Virus record (IMG/VR): IMGVR_UViG_3300017971_000004
Span: 64,001-128,000 of that record
Reading direction: 5' to 3' (one strand)
From: a virus
Lineage: Duplodnaviria; Heunggongvirae; Uroviricota; Caudoviricetes
Length of the DNA: 64,000 nt
Position numbers and translations under genes: made by a program. Below are positions 24,712-32,304 of the stretch, one piece after another. The notes under the pieces were generated by a model that was not told where the DNA came from, ran no database searches, and was given only the letters and a program-made list of their open reading frames with translations. How positions within the stretch are numbered: the first letter of the stretch is position 1; every line of letters starts with the position of its first letter.

Positions 24712-27093
24712 CTACTCGATCTCCTTTCTCTTCGCAGCCAGGCCCTCCAGGAACTCGATGACGCTGAGATGCTCCGGGATCTCCTCGCCGGCATTGACCG
24801 CGTCCACGATGTTGCCCTTCATCTTGATGAGTTCGACCATGTCCTCGTCGAAGGTGCCTTCGCCGTAGAGCCAGTACGAGTTGACCGATGAGGCCTTCGA
24901 GCCGATGCGGTGAACACGGGCCTCGGCCTGTTCCATGATGGCCATGTGCCAGCCGAACTCGACGAAGGCCACGCTGCTGGCGACCTGGAGGTTCAGCCCG
25001 AAGTTGGTAGCCTGCATGGAAGCGACCAGAACACGGCAGCTGTCATCGTTCCAGAACTTGTCCTTCGCGGCCTCGCGCTGCTCGTCGGAGTCGCCTCCCG
25101 AGATGGTGGCCGGATTGTAGTCAGTGAGCGCCTCGGCCAGCTGCTGCTGGATGTTCCGATGATGGGCGAAGACCACCAGCTTGCCGTCGTTGTCAAGGAA
25201 GTTCTTGATCCACTCGATGCAGCCGTTGAGCTTGTGCCTGACAGCGAGCTGGCGCAACCCGTTGATCCGAACCAGCGCCTCGGCGCGGTAGGCTTTGTCG
25301 AAGGCCTTCCGGGCATCATCCGTATCCAGAACGCCCCGTTCGATCTTCCGGTCGATGACCCATCGGACTACATCATCAACGGCTCTCCGGTATTCGGTGA
25401 CGCGGTCGATCTCGATGGGAACCTCGGTGCGCTGCAACGGGGGCAGCTCCTTGGCCACGTCCTTCTTCTCGCGGCGAACGTAGCAGCTGGCGCGCAGCTT
25501 CCGGGCCAGCTCCTCCAGGTTGGTCGCGCCGTTCATGTCCCAGCCGTACTGGGTGCGGGTCGCGCCGCAGTAGCGCCGCATGAACTTCCAGGCCCCTCCG
25601 AACTCCTTCAGACGATCCAGGAAGGCCAACTGGTTGACCAGCTCGACCGGGCGGTTGAGGAGGGGCGTCCCGCTCAGACAGAGACGGATCGGGATGTTCT
25701 TGGACAGCTCGATAGCGGCTTCAGAACGTTGGGCCTTCTTGTTCTTGACCTGCTGGCTCTCGTCGAGGACGATGGCCTTCCACGGAACGTCCTTGAGGCC
25801 GTCCAGGTGCTTCTTGAGGATGTCGTAGTTGATGATGACCACCTCACCCCCGTACTGGGTGAGATCGCCGCCAGAAACGACCTGAGCGCTTCTGGCGGGC
25901 AGCCAGCGCCGGACCTCCTGCGCCCACTGGAGCTTGACCGCCTTGGGAACGACCACGAGGGCCGGGTAGGCGTCCTCGGCCTGGAGCACGCCGAGGGCCT
26001 GGATGGTCTTGCCGAGTCCCATCTCGTCGGCGATGAAGCAACACTTGGTCTCAGTGGCGTACTTGATGCCTCCACGCTGGAAAGGACGGAGCTTCAGGTC
26101 GCCGCTTCCGAGGCCTTCGATCTCGATGTCGGCGTCGACCGCCTGGGAGGCGTGGATGCGCTCGCGGGTCGCCTTCTCCATCGTGGTGACCTCGTCGCGA
26201 AGGCCGGCTTCGACCCGGAGGTTGAACTCGTCCGCCAGCGCCAAGACCCTGCGCCCTGCCTCGACGGTCAGCGGGAAGTAGTTGACGTCCCGAGGACCAC
26301 CATTGCGTCCGGCCCAGTCGCGACCTTCGATGGTCTGCATCTTGTTGACGAGGGCCGGATCGTAGTCAGTCTTGGTGGCAATCCGGTCGCCATCGATCCA
26401 AACCTGCGGCTTCACAGCAGCATCCGCTTCCTCAGCGAGGATGGCACTGACCTTCTCGTCAAGCACCGCGCGATCGGCCCCGGAGATGATGAAGCCGAAG
26501 TCCTCGATGATGGCGGGAAGGAGCTTAAGGCCAGCGTCCCGCATCCTCCAGAAACTGCCCATCCACTTGCGGTCGGCCCAGGCAGCTTCCTTGATGCGGT
26601 CGATCAGCTCGTAGTTCTTGGGGCTGTACAGCTCGAAGTGGTTCTCGCGCTCGTTGTAGACGGCGACCATCTGCTTCTTGTAAGTGAGCAGGTAGGATGG
26701 GAGCGCCGTCTCGCCGCGTTGGACCTTCTCCAAGTCGACCTTGGCCTGGGCGCGCTCGGCCTTGGTTTTCATCGCCTTGGAGACTTCGCCGCGCTTCGGC
26801 TCGCGCTCCCAGTTGACCTTGACCTTGGGAAGCGCGTCCACGTCGACACCGTAAGCCTCCAACTGACCTCGATACTTGGTGAGCATGTTACGGACGACGT
26901 GACAGGTCTCGGCGTCCCACTCGCTCGGGTCGACCCAGGCGATGTAGTTGCCGAACGACTGATCCGGCTTGTTGAAGCCGTGGTCGTCGCGGGTCATTGC
27001 GCCATCGCACACGGCGGATAGCCTGGAGCAGGCATCCTTGAGGATGGCGGCAGCCTCGGTGATTTCAATGGTCATGTTGTCAGTGCCCTCCTT
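24712..27093 (-). CDS. SNF2-family helicase (start at MKEGTDNMTIEITE, about 27093)
   Basis: DEMGLGKT, LSGTPLLNRP, helicase C motifs; upstream part of ORF to 27399 is out-of-context junk overlapping the promoter. Confidence 0.8.
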   Translation of the reverse strand, partial: KEGTDNMTIEITEAAAILKDACSRLSAVCDGAMTRDDHGFNKPDQSFGNYIAWVDPSEWDAETCHVVRNMLTKYRGQLEAYGVDVDALPKVKVNWEREPKRGEVSKAMKTKAERAQAKVDLEKVQRGETALPSYLLTYKKQMVAVYNERENHFELYSPKNYELIDRIKEAAWADRKWMGSFWRMRDAGLKLLPAIIEDFGFIISGADRAVLDEKVSAILAEEADAAVKPQVWIDGDRIATKTDYDPALVNKMQTIEGRDWAGRNGGPRDVNYFPLTVEAGRRVLALADEFNLRVEAGLRDEVTTMEKATRERIHASQAVDADIEIEGLGSGDLKLRPFQRGGIKYATETKCCFIADEMGLGKTIQALGVLQAEDAYPALVVVPKAVKLQWAQEVRRWLPARSAQVVSGGDLTQYGGEVVIINYDILKKHLDGLKDVPWKAIVLDESQQVKNKKAQRSEAAIELSKNIPIRLCLSGTPLLNRPVELVNQLAFLDRLKEFGGAWKFMRRYCGATRTQYGWDMNGATNLEELARKLRASCYVRREKKDVAKELPPLQRTEVPIEIDRVTEYRRAVDDVVRWVIDRKIERGVLDTDDARKAFDKAYRAEALVRINGLRQLAVRHKLNGCIEWIKNFLDNDGKLVVFAHHRNIQQQLAEALTDYNPATISGGDSDEQREAAKDKFWNDDSCRVLVASMQATNFGLNLQVASSVAFVEFGWHMAIMEQAEARVHRIGSKASSVNSYWLYGEGTFDEDMVELIKMKGNIVDAVNAGEEIPEHLSVIEFLEGLAAKRKEIE

Positions 27094-27104
27094 CATTGTC
27101 TCTA

Positions 27105-27137
27105 GATATATCACGAGAGTATGGGACCTGTCAATAT
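27105..27137 (-). promoter_or_regulatory. sigma70-like promoter, extended core TTTTTATATTGACAG, driving the SNF2 operon
   Basis: plus tgtcaa 27129-27134; -10 ATATAT about 27105-27111. Confidence 0.5.
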
Positions 27138-27162
27138 AAAAAAAGCCCACCCTAAGAAGAGA

Positions 27163-27200
27163 AACCGGGCGGCGCGGGAGGGCAAGACCTACGCCGCCCG
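27163..27200 (-). terminator. hairpin terminator for gene 27212..28048
   Basis: 10-bp GC stem CCGGGCGGCG...CGCCGCCCGG followed in minus orientation by a T-rich tract. Confidence 0.5.
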
Positions 27201-27211
27201 GCGATGGAAGG

Positions 27212-28048
27212 CTACTTTCCGAGACCTTTCCGAATCTGGACATGCTCCGAGTCGCGCTCACCGTCCTGGTAATGCTTGACTCCGGTATGCTTCGCACGAG
27301 GACGTGGCTTCTTCTCCTCAGGATCTTCGAATCCCTTCGACCGGAGCCATGCCTTGGCGATGCCTTCGTATCGAACAGCCAGCGCGGTGATCTGCTCACC
27401 TTGCTCGGACGCCTCCTCCTGCTCCTTCAGCTCCTTGAGACGCTTGGCGAAACCAAACACAAGTCCTTCACGGTACTCGCGCTTGGCCGCGTTCCGATAC
27501 GACTCGAAGGTTTTGTAGTAGTAGCGTCCCAGACTGCTCATCAGCTGTCGCATCAGGCCGCGTTGCCGGTCTGGATTCTCCCACTCGGCGCGGTCGACAT
27601 GATATTTCCGGGACAGCTCTCTGATCTGGTTGAAGACCGACTGGAAGGCGTAAGCTGCCATCGAGGCGTTGAGTTTCACCCCGTAGAACATCAGTCGCCC
27701 ACCAGTCCAGTAGGTGGGCTCGATGTAGGTCACCGAAGCGTCCATATAGTCGGCCACCACGATAGCCAAGGACAAGGCCCACTTAGCAGTCTGCTTGGTC
27801 TTCATGTCGATGACCACCCCATCCGCCTCCGGCCCCTGAGCGGCTCCAGGAGCGCCCACGACCTCGACGTCCTCCATCTCCAGGCCGTACTGGAGCATCA
27901 GCCTCCGCGCCAGCTCCAGGGCAGCCTGGGCTTCGTGGTCGACGTCCTCTGGCTTCTCCGCGTTCCGGACAGCGTTCTCGGCCCGGTTGAAGAGCAGCTG
28001 GACGCGCTCGATGACCTTCTTCAGCTTGTCTGGATCAACTTCGGGCAT
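27212..28048 (-). CDS. hypothetical protein with DUF2786-like N-terminal helix
   Basis: KLKKVIERVQLLFNRAENAVRNAEKPEDVDHEAQAALELARRLMLQYGL resembles the DUF2786 consensus. Confidence 0.45.
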   Translation of the reverse strand: MPEVDPDKLKKVIERVQLLFNRAENAVRNAEKPEDVDHEAQAALELARRLMLQYGLEMEDVEVVGAPGAAQGPEADGVVIDMKTKQTAKWALSLAIVVADYMDASVTYIEPTYWTGGRLMFYGVKLNASMAAYAFQSVFNQIRELSRKYHVDRAEWENPDRQRGLMRQLMSSLGRYYYKTFESYRNAAKREYREGLVFGFAKRLKELKEQEEASEQGEQITALAVRYEGIAKAWLRSKGFEDPEEKKPRPRAKHTGVKHYQDGERDSEHVQIRKGLGK

Positions 28049-28355
28049 CGCAGTCGCATTCTTCCGTTCGTGGCTTCCCGCAAGTCGCGCACCACCGGGC
28101 TTCACTATGGACCTGTTCGATCCATGCCACGGTCTCGGCCCAGCTTTCGTTGCCCCGTTGATGGGGCCACGCCCTCTCTCCTTTCGCGAGCGCGTTCGTG
28201 ATGGCAGTTATTTCCTCGATGATTTCCTCGCGCTTCTTCTCCACATAGTAGTCGATGAGCTGTTCCGGCGTCGCGTCGTAGACGATAATGTCATCCACGA
28301 TAGTAGAGAAGATGGCGAACTTGCCGCTTGGCATCTTGACGATTCGATGACCCAT
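28035..28355 (-). CDS. hypothetical Cys-containing protein
   Basis: 112 aa ORF trimmed to MGHRIVKMPSG. Confidence 0.4.
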   Translation of the reverse strand: MGHRIVKMPSGKFAIFSTIVDDIIVYDATPEQLIDYYVEKKREEIIEEITAITNALAKGERAWPHQRGNESWAETVAWIEQVHSEARWCATCGKPRTEECDCDARS

Positions 28356-28891
28356 CAGTCCGCCATCCCCCACAGGATGTCCAGGGCGCGCTTGTAACGC
28401 CGCTCGATGCTGCGCTCCTGCTCGGGCAGCCCCTCGATCCGGGAAAGGTTGTCCTGGAGATCAGCGAGCTTCACGCGCAGCGCGATGCGCGCCGCCTCCT
28501 GCATGTCTGAATTCGGGTACACCGACTTGCTGGCTTCCTTGATCGACCGGATGTACTGGACATAGGTCGGTCGATGCACCCCGGCTTCCGCAGGCGGACG
28601 AGTGAGCAAACGGACCGCCTCGACGACGCTGACGCTGAATCCTTCGATACGCAGGTCTTCCGGCGTGGCGTCAGTGTCTTCGCAGACATCGTGAAGCACC
28701 GCGACTTTCATCGCATCCAGATCCGGCCCGAGAATCGGCAGTCCGACGCCTTGTCGATTCTCTTTCCAAGCTACCGCCACCATGACGCGGAGCGGATGCA
28801 GGATGTAGGGATGCCCCTGCTTGTCGACTTGGCCTGCGTGAGTATTGGCGGCAAGCTCGATGGCTCGCTCGATTGATCCGTCCCGTCTCAT
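28355..28891 (-). CDS. HD-domain (p)ppGpp hydrolase-like protein (small alarmone hydrolase)
   Basis: RelA/SpoT hydrolase motifs AANTHAGQVDKQGHPYILHPLRV and AVLHDVCEDT. Confidence 0.6.
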   Translation of the reverse strand: MRRDGSIERAIELAANTHAGQVDKQGHPYILHPLRVMVAVAWKENRQGVGLPILGPDLDAMKVAVLHDVCEDTDATPEDLRIEGFSVSVVEAVRLLTRPPAEAGVHRPTYVQYIRSIKEASKSVYPNSDMQEAARIALRVKLADLQDNLSRIEGLPEQERSIERRYKRALDILWGMAD

Positions 28892-29097
28892 TTTTTCATT
28901 TACCTTCTTCTTGAAGCTGTTCCATCCAACGATTAACCAGCGCACTCCAAACTTCATCAGATTTATATGTAGGAGTTAAAGGAATCTCCCCAAATACCTC
29001 GAAAAAACGAATCTTGAATTTTTTGGGGGACAATAACTGACTTGTGGTAAGTTTAAGTTTTTTTTCCTTCTAAGTAGAACTCGTAAAAAGATGGCTG

Positions 29098-29113
29098 AGT
29101 GTTCTTGAACACT
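29098..29113. promoter_or_regulatory. perfect palindrome AGTGTTC-TT-GAACACT inside a 200-bp AT-rich island, candidate operator
   Basis: read directly at 29098-29113; island 28958-29157 is about 35% GC. Confidence 0.35.
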
Positions 29114-29157
29114 ATTTTGTCAAATACAATAGAAACAAGATCATATCTACGCATCGC

Positions 29158-30216
29158 TTACCACTCCTCTTCGCAGTTATTGCAATAGTACCGAGGCTCG
29201 TCATCCTCGGCATCCGGGTTCGCATCCTCGATGCCAGTGCTGCCGCAGGCCGGGCAACGCACCGTGTCATCGTCCGCGTCCTCTTCGTCGTCCGCCCTAT
29301 CGTCAATGTCGTCGACGTGATACGCGCGGTTCTCCTTCTGCCGGTAGTCCTCCGCGAAGGTGTAGAGTTCTTCCTTCATCTTCCGCTCGACGGCCACCAT
29401 CTTGTCCCAAAGGTCGGGGTCGCGGAGCGCCTGGACGGCCTCGGTCACCAGCTGATCGAGGGCCTTGGGCTCGACCGCGTCCAGCTCCCAGCTGGAGTCG
29501 CCGTACTGCTCGATGTACTTGTCGGCGCGGGAGTCGGTCAACTTGGCCGGGTTCTCGGGAGGCCGGAGTTCCTCGACCTGGGAGTACTTGAGCGCCAGCC
29601 GCTCGAAGGTCACCGGGTGCCCCGAGAACAGCGAGAGGCGCTCCTCCACATCACGGTCCATGTCCAGACCGCTGGGGTCGTGGTCGCCCAGGTACAGGAT
29701 GTGGATGCGCTTGTCGTCGTTCTTGTAGAGCCGCTTCAGCCGCTGCCCTATACGGTACATCATCGACTGGCTGGAGTAGCCCTTGTTGGCCGTGAAGTTC
29801 ACGTCCAGGCGACGGCAGACGGGGATGAGGACGCCTTCGAGCGCCTGCTTCTCCACCATGACCTCGATGTGGTTCGACTGCCCCTCCCACTTGTCGATAG
29901 CGAAGGAGCGCGCCGCCGCCTCGATGATGTCCGCCGGGCTGTCCCAGTGCGACGGCGACTCAGTCTTGCGGCCACGGTCGACGATCATGTCCCAGTCGAT
30001 CAGCCCGGCCATGCGCGCGTCGTTCACGAGCGTCCCGAGCGTCTTGTACTCCTTCTGGTTGTTCGGGATGATGTCCTTGGACACCAGCTGATAAAAGAGT
30101 TGCCGCAACGTCAGGTCGTAGCCCTGAGCCTTGTAGCTGTCCAGAATCGCGTTGATGGTTTGGAGCAGCTGGAGCTTATCATCTCGAAAGTCCCGCTCGA
30201 TGAATGCTTGTTTCAC
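29158..30216 (-). CDS. Spo11/TopoVI-A-like protein (winged-helix with candidate catalytic Tyr plus Toprim) with acidic linker and C-terminal zinc ribbon
   Basis: LRQLFYQLV (compare Spo11 VRDIFYSNV), Toprim VMVEKQAL, KGY, GDHDPSG; C-terminal CPACG...CNNCE. Confidence 0.5.
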   Translation of the reverse strand: MKQAFIERDFRDDKLQLLQTINAILDSYKAQGYDLTLRQLFYQLVSKDIIPNNQKEYKTLGTLVNDARMAGLIDWDMIVDRGRKTESPSHWDSPADIIEAAARSFAIDKWEGQSNHIEVMVEKQALEGVLIPVCRRLDVNFTANKGYSSQSMMYRIGQRLKRLYKNDDKRIHILYLGDHDPSGLDMDRDVEERLSLFSGHPVTFERLALKYSQVEELRPPENPAKLTDSRADKYIEQYGDSSWELDAVEPKALDQLVTEAVQALRDPDLWDKMVAVERKMKEELYTFAEDYRQKENRAYHVDDIDDRADDEEDADDDTVRCPACGSTGIEDANPDAEDDEPRYYCNNCEEEW

Positions 30217-30238
30217 GCGATTGCTCTCCTTTTTCCCA

Positions 30239-30270
30239 GATTCTTAACATATGCTGAGGGTTCTGTCAAT
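30239..30270 (-). promoter_or_regulatory. sigma70-like promoter, core TTTTTATATTGACAG, upstream of the Spo11-like gene
   Basis: plus tgtcaa 30264-30269; -10 TAAGAAT about 30240-30246. Confidence 0.45.
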
Positions 30271-30281
30271 ATAAAAAGATA

Positions 30282-30812
30282 CTACACCCTGGAAGTGCGC
30301 CGCCCAATCCGGTAGACGTGCGTGACCGAAATGCCAAACTTGGATGCCAACTCCTTACGAGGAACTCCCTTTTCGAATTGGAGGCGCAGCATAGCAACCT
30401 GCTGATCCGTGAGCTTCGATTGTGGATGATGCTCTCCTCGAAGTCCTGATCCCCTTCCGCGAACAAAGGGATTCAGGTGCGGTTGCGTGCGGGCACCATT
30501 ACGGTCGCCAGAGGCGGTGCGCCCCTTTCGATCCCGATCAACGTTGTTATCACGTTGAGTACCCAGAAAAAGATGATCTACACGTACACATTTTGGATTA
30601 TCGCATTGATGCAGAACATGAATACCCTTAGGAATCTTCCCGTGTTCCAGCATCCACGCGACCCGATGCGCATAGAGAGGGTGGGAACTTAGCTTCCGAG
30701 CTTGAAGCAGCCCATATCCGTTCCGGGTCACATAGCCCGTCCACTCCCAGCACTTCGAGGTCTTGACTACTTTGCGCCAAAACCGTTCAACAAATTCAAC
30801 AGGAAACTCCAT
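30282..30812 (-). CDS. HNH homing endonuclease (HNH_3-type) with C-terminal HTH
   Basis: CWEWTGY..NGYG..AHRVAWMLEHGKIPKGIHVLHQCDNPKCVRVDHLFLGTQRDN. Confidence 0.8.
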   Translation of the reverse strand: MEFPVEFVERFWRKVVKTSKCWEWTGYVTRNGYGLLQARKLSSHPLYAHRVAWMLEHGKIPKGIHVLHQCDNPKCVRVDHLFLGTQRDNNVDRDRKGRTASGDRNGARTQPHLNPFVRGRGSGLRGEHHPQSKLTDQQVAMLRLQFEKGVPRKELASKFGISVTHVYRIGRRTSRV

Positions 30813-30859
30813 GCCTTAACATAGCACAAGCGATAGTAACTATCAATAACAGTGTTAGG

Positions 30860-31099
30860 CTATCTAGCGCGCTTCACACGGATGGTTTTAGGCGCACTGA
30901 GAGGACACTGAATGGTGACTTCTTGGTCACCAAACGAGGTATCTTCGACTTTTAACACCTCGCAGTTCGGATACCTGGACTTGATGTGTTCGAGCAATGG
31001 GTCGTGACATCCGCAGAGGGCGATCATTGTTGCCAGCAACAACATGCCGAGGCAGCCTACGAGAAGAATCAAGGGAACTGCGAAGTGCTTGAAGCTCAT
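30860..31099 (-). CDS. small secreted or membrane Cys-rich protein
   Basis: MSFKHFAVPLILLVGCLGMLLLATMIALCGC signal-like N-terminus; rest of ORF 30860..31858 is junk. Confidence 0.35.
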   Translation of the reverse strand: MSFKHFAVPLILLVGCLGMLLLATMIALCGCHDPLLEHIKSRYPNCEVLKVEDTSFGDQEVTIQCPLSAPKTIRVKRAR

Positions 31100-32301
31100 C
31101 GACCCCGAGGAACGGCCTTGATCTGGTCCCACCGAACCTTGATGAGATGGCGTCCATCCTCGGTCCGCATGAGATAGTAGTTGCCGTTCTTGTCCCAAAG
31201 GGTCTCGGCGTAACCGCGCGTTCCCTTCGGATAGGTCGTCTTGCCGCCCCACCCCGGACCGGAGACGGTCATCTCCTGCTTCAGCTCGACGTAGTCGTTG
31301 GTGTTGAACGAGAACTGCAACCCTTCCATCTCGGCAGGATCGAGCCCCTCGCGTTTCTCCCCCAGCTCTTCGACGCGCTCTTCGACCGGCTCGACTTCTT
31401 CGAATGCGACTCTCGAAGCCATGACTTCCGGCAGAGGCTCTAGAGGACCAAGATCGACCCCCTCCATCAACTCGGCCAAATCGTTGGCCATGTTCGGAGC
31501 AGCTTCCATTCCCGTCTCGGGGACGTTGAGGTTCTGCTGAATGGCCTGGAGCGACAGGTCGAACATCTGGTTCTCCAGATCGTTCCTCTGCTGCCAGACA
31601 TCGGAATTGTTGTTCTCCCGGTTGGAGTTGACCTGATCCCGAACGTCGAGCAGCTCCCGAATCTTGACAACAGCTTGAGCCTCCAGAGGATCTCCGATGA
31701 AACGGTCGAGGTACTCTTCGAGCTGGTTCGAGTCCCAACAAGCCATCTTCGGACGCGAACCCTGGATAATGATCACCGTCTGGCCGGCAGGAAGCGCCTT
31801 CATGCGTTCCAGGTTGAGCAGGTTCAGCTCGTGCATGATCTGGCGTTCGGACTTCCACAGCTCGTTGAAGATGTCATCGAACTGATCACACTGGGCCGTC
31901 AGCTCGAAGTATTCTTCGAGCATCCGGGTCGCCTCGTCCTCGAACGGCGTCCCCTTCAGCTTCATGTACCAGTCCTCCCAGTGGAGGCTGTCGTGGTAGT
32001 TCCGCTTCTTCATGGCTTGTACCTCCGGAGCCGTGGCTCCTTCGCCGAGAGTGCCGCGCTGCGCCTCGAAGAGATCGACCGCCGCGTTGCCCACGTACTG
32101 CATCAAGGCATCCGAACCATCCAGATCTTCTTCATCTTCGAGATCAGTCTCGATAAAGTCACTCAAGTCCACCGGAATGTCGACCTCCCAGCCGAGGCTA
32201 CCACTCTCCGACACCGTGGCATGATATGCATCGGCATCCTCGGAAGGCTCGATGAGAACATCGAATCCCCGGATCAGCATCGTGTAGGTGTCTTGAGCCA
32301 T
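31096..32301 (-). CDS. hypothetical acidic protein
   Basis: 401 aa ORF. Confidence 0.55.
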   Translation of the reverse strand: MAQDTYTMLIRGFDVLIEPSEDADAYHATVSESGSLGWEVDIPVDLSDFIETDLEDEEDLDGSDALMQYVGNAAVDLFEAQRGTLGEGATAPEVQAMKKRNYHDSLHWEDWYMKLKGTPFEDEATRMLEEYFELTAQCDQFDDIFNELWKSERQIMHELNLLNLERMKALPAGQTVIIIQGSRPKMACWDSNQLEEYLDRFIGDPLEAQAVVKIRELLDVRDQVNSNRENNNSDVWQQRNDLENQMFDLSLQAIQQNLNVPETGMEAAPNMANDLAELMEGVDLGPLEPLPEVMASRVAFEEVEPVEERVEELGEKREGLDPAEMEGLQFSFNTNDYVELKQEMTVSGPGWGGKTTYPKGTRGYAETLWDKNGNYYLMRTEDGRHLIKVRWDQIKAVPRGR

Positions 32302-32304
32302 CTG

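Noticed and set aside
24910-27021. 703-aa plus-strand ORF antisense to the SNF2 helicase gene. Similar long plus-strand ORFs occur at 8918-9967, 31675-33627 and 36466-40044.
   Set aside because: Low-complexity Arg/Gly/Leu-rich translations with no motifs. They are typical GC-rich antisense shadow ORFs opposite well-supported minus-strand genes.
23239-30216. The idea that the GHKL ATPase (23239-24678) and the Spo11-like protein (29158-30216) together form a bona fide type IIB topoisomerase
   Set aside because: The genes are separated by four other genes and two promoters. The GHKL protein ends in a zincin-like motif, not a transducer domain. This is kept only as a remote possibility inside finding 2.
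30860-31858. Long Arg-rich N-terminal extensions of several minus-strand ORFs, for example 30860-31858, 52512-54335, 17648-18154 and 4093-4800
   Set aside because: The composition is RRRG-like junk, typical of out-of-context ORF extension in high-GC DNA. Genes were trimmed to internal starts with protein-like sequence.
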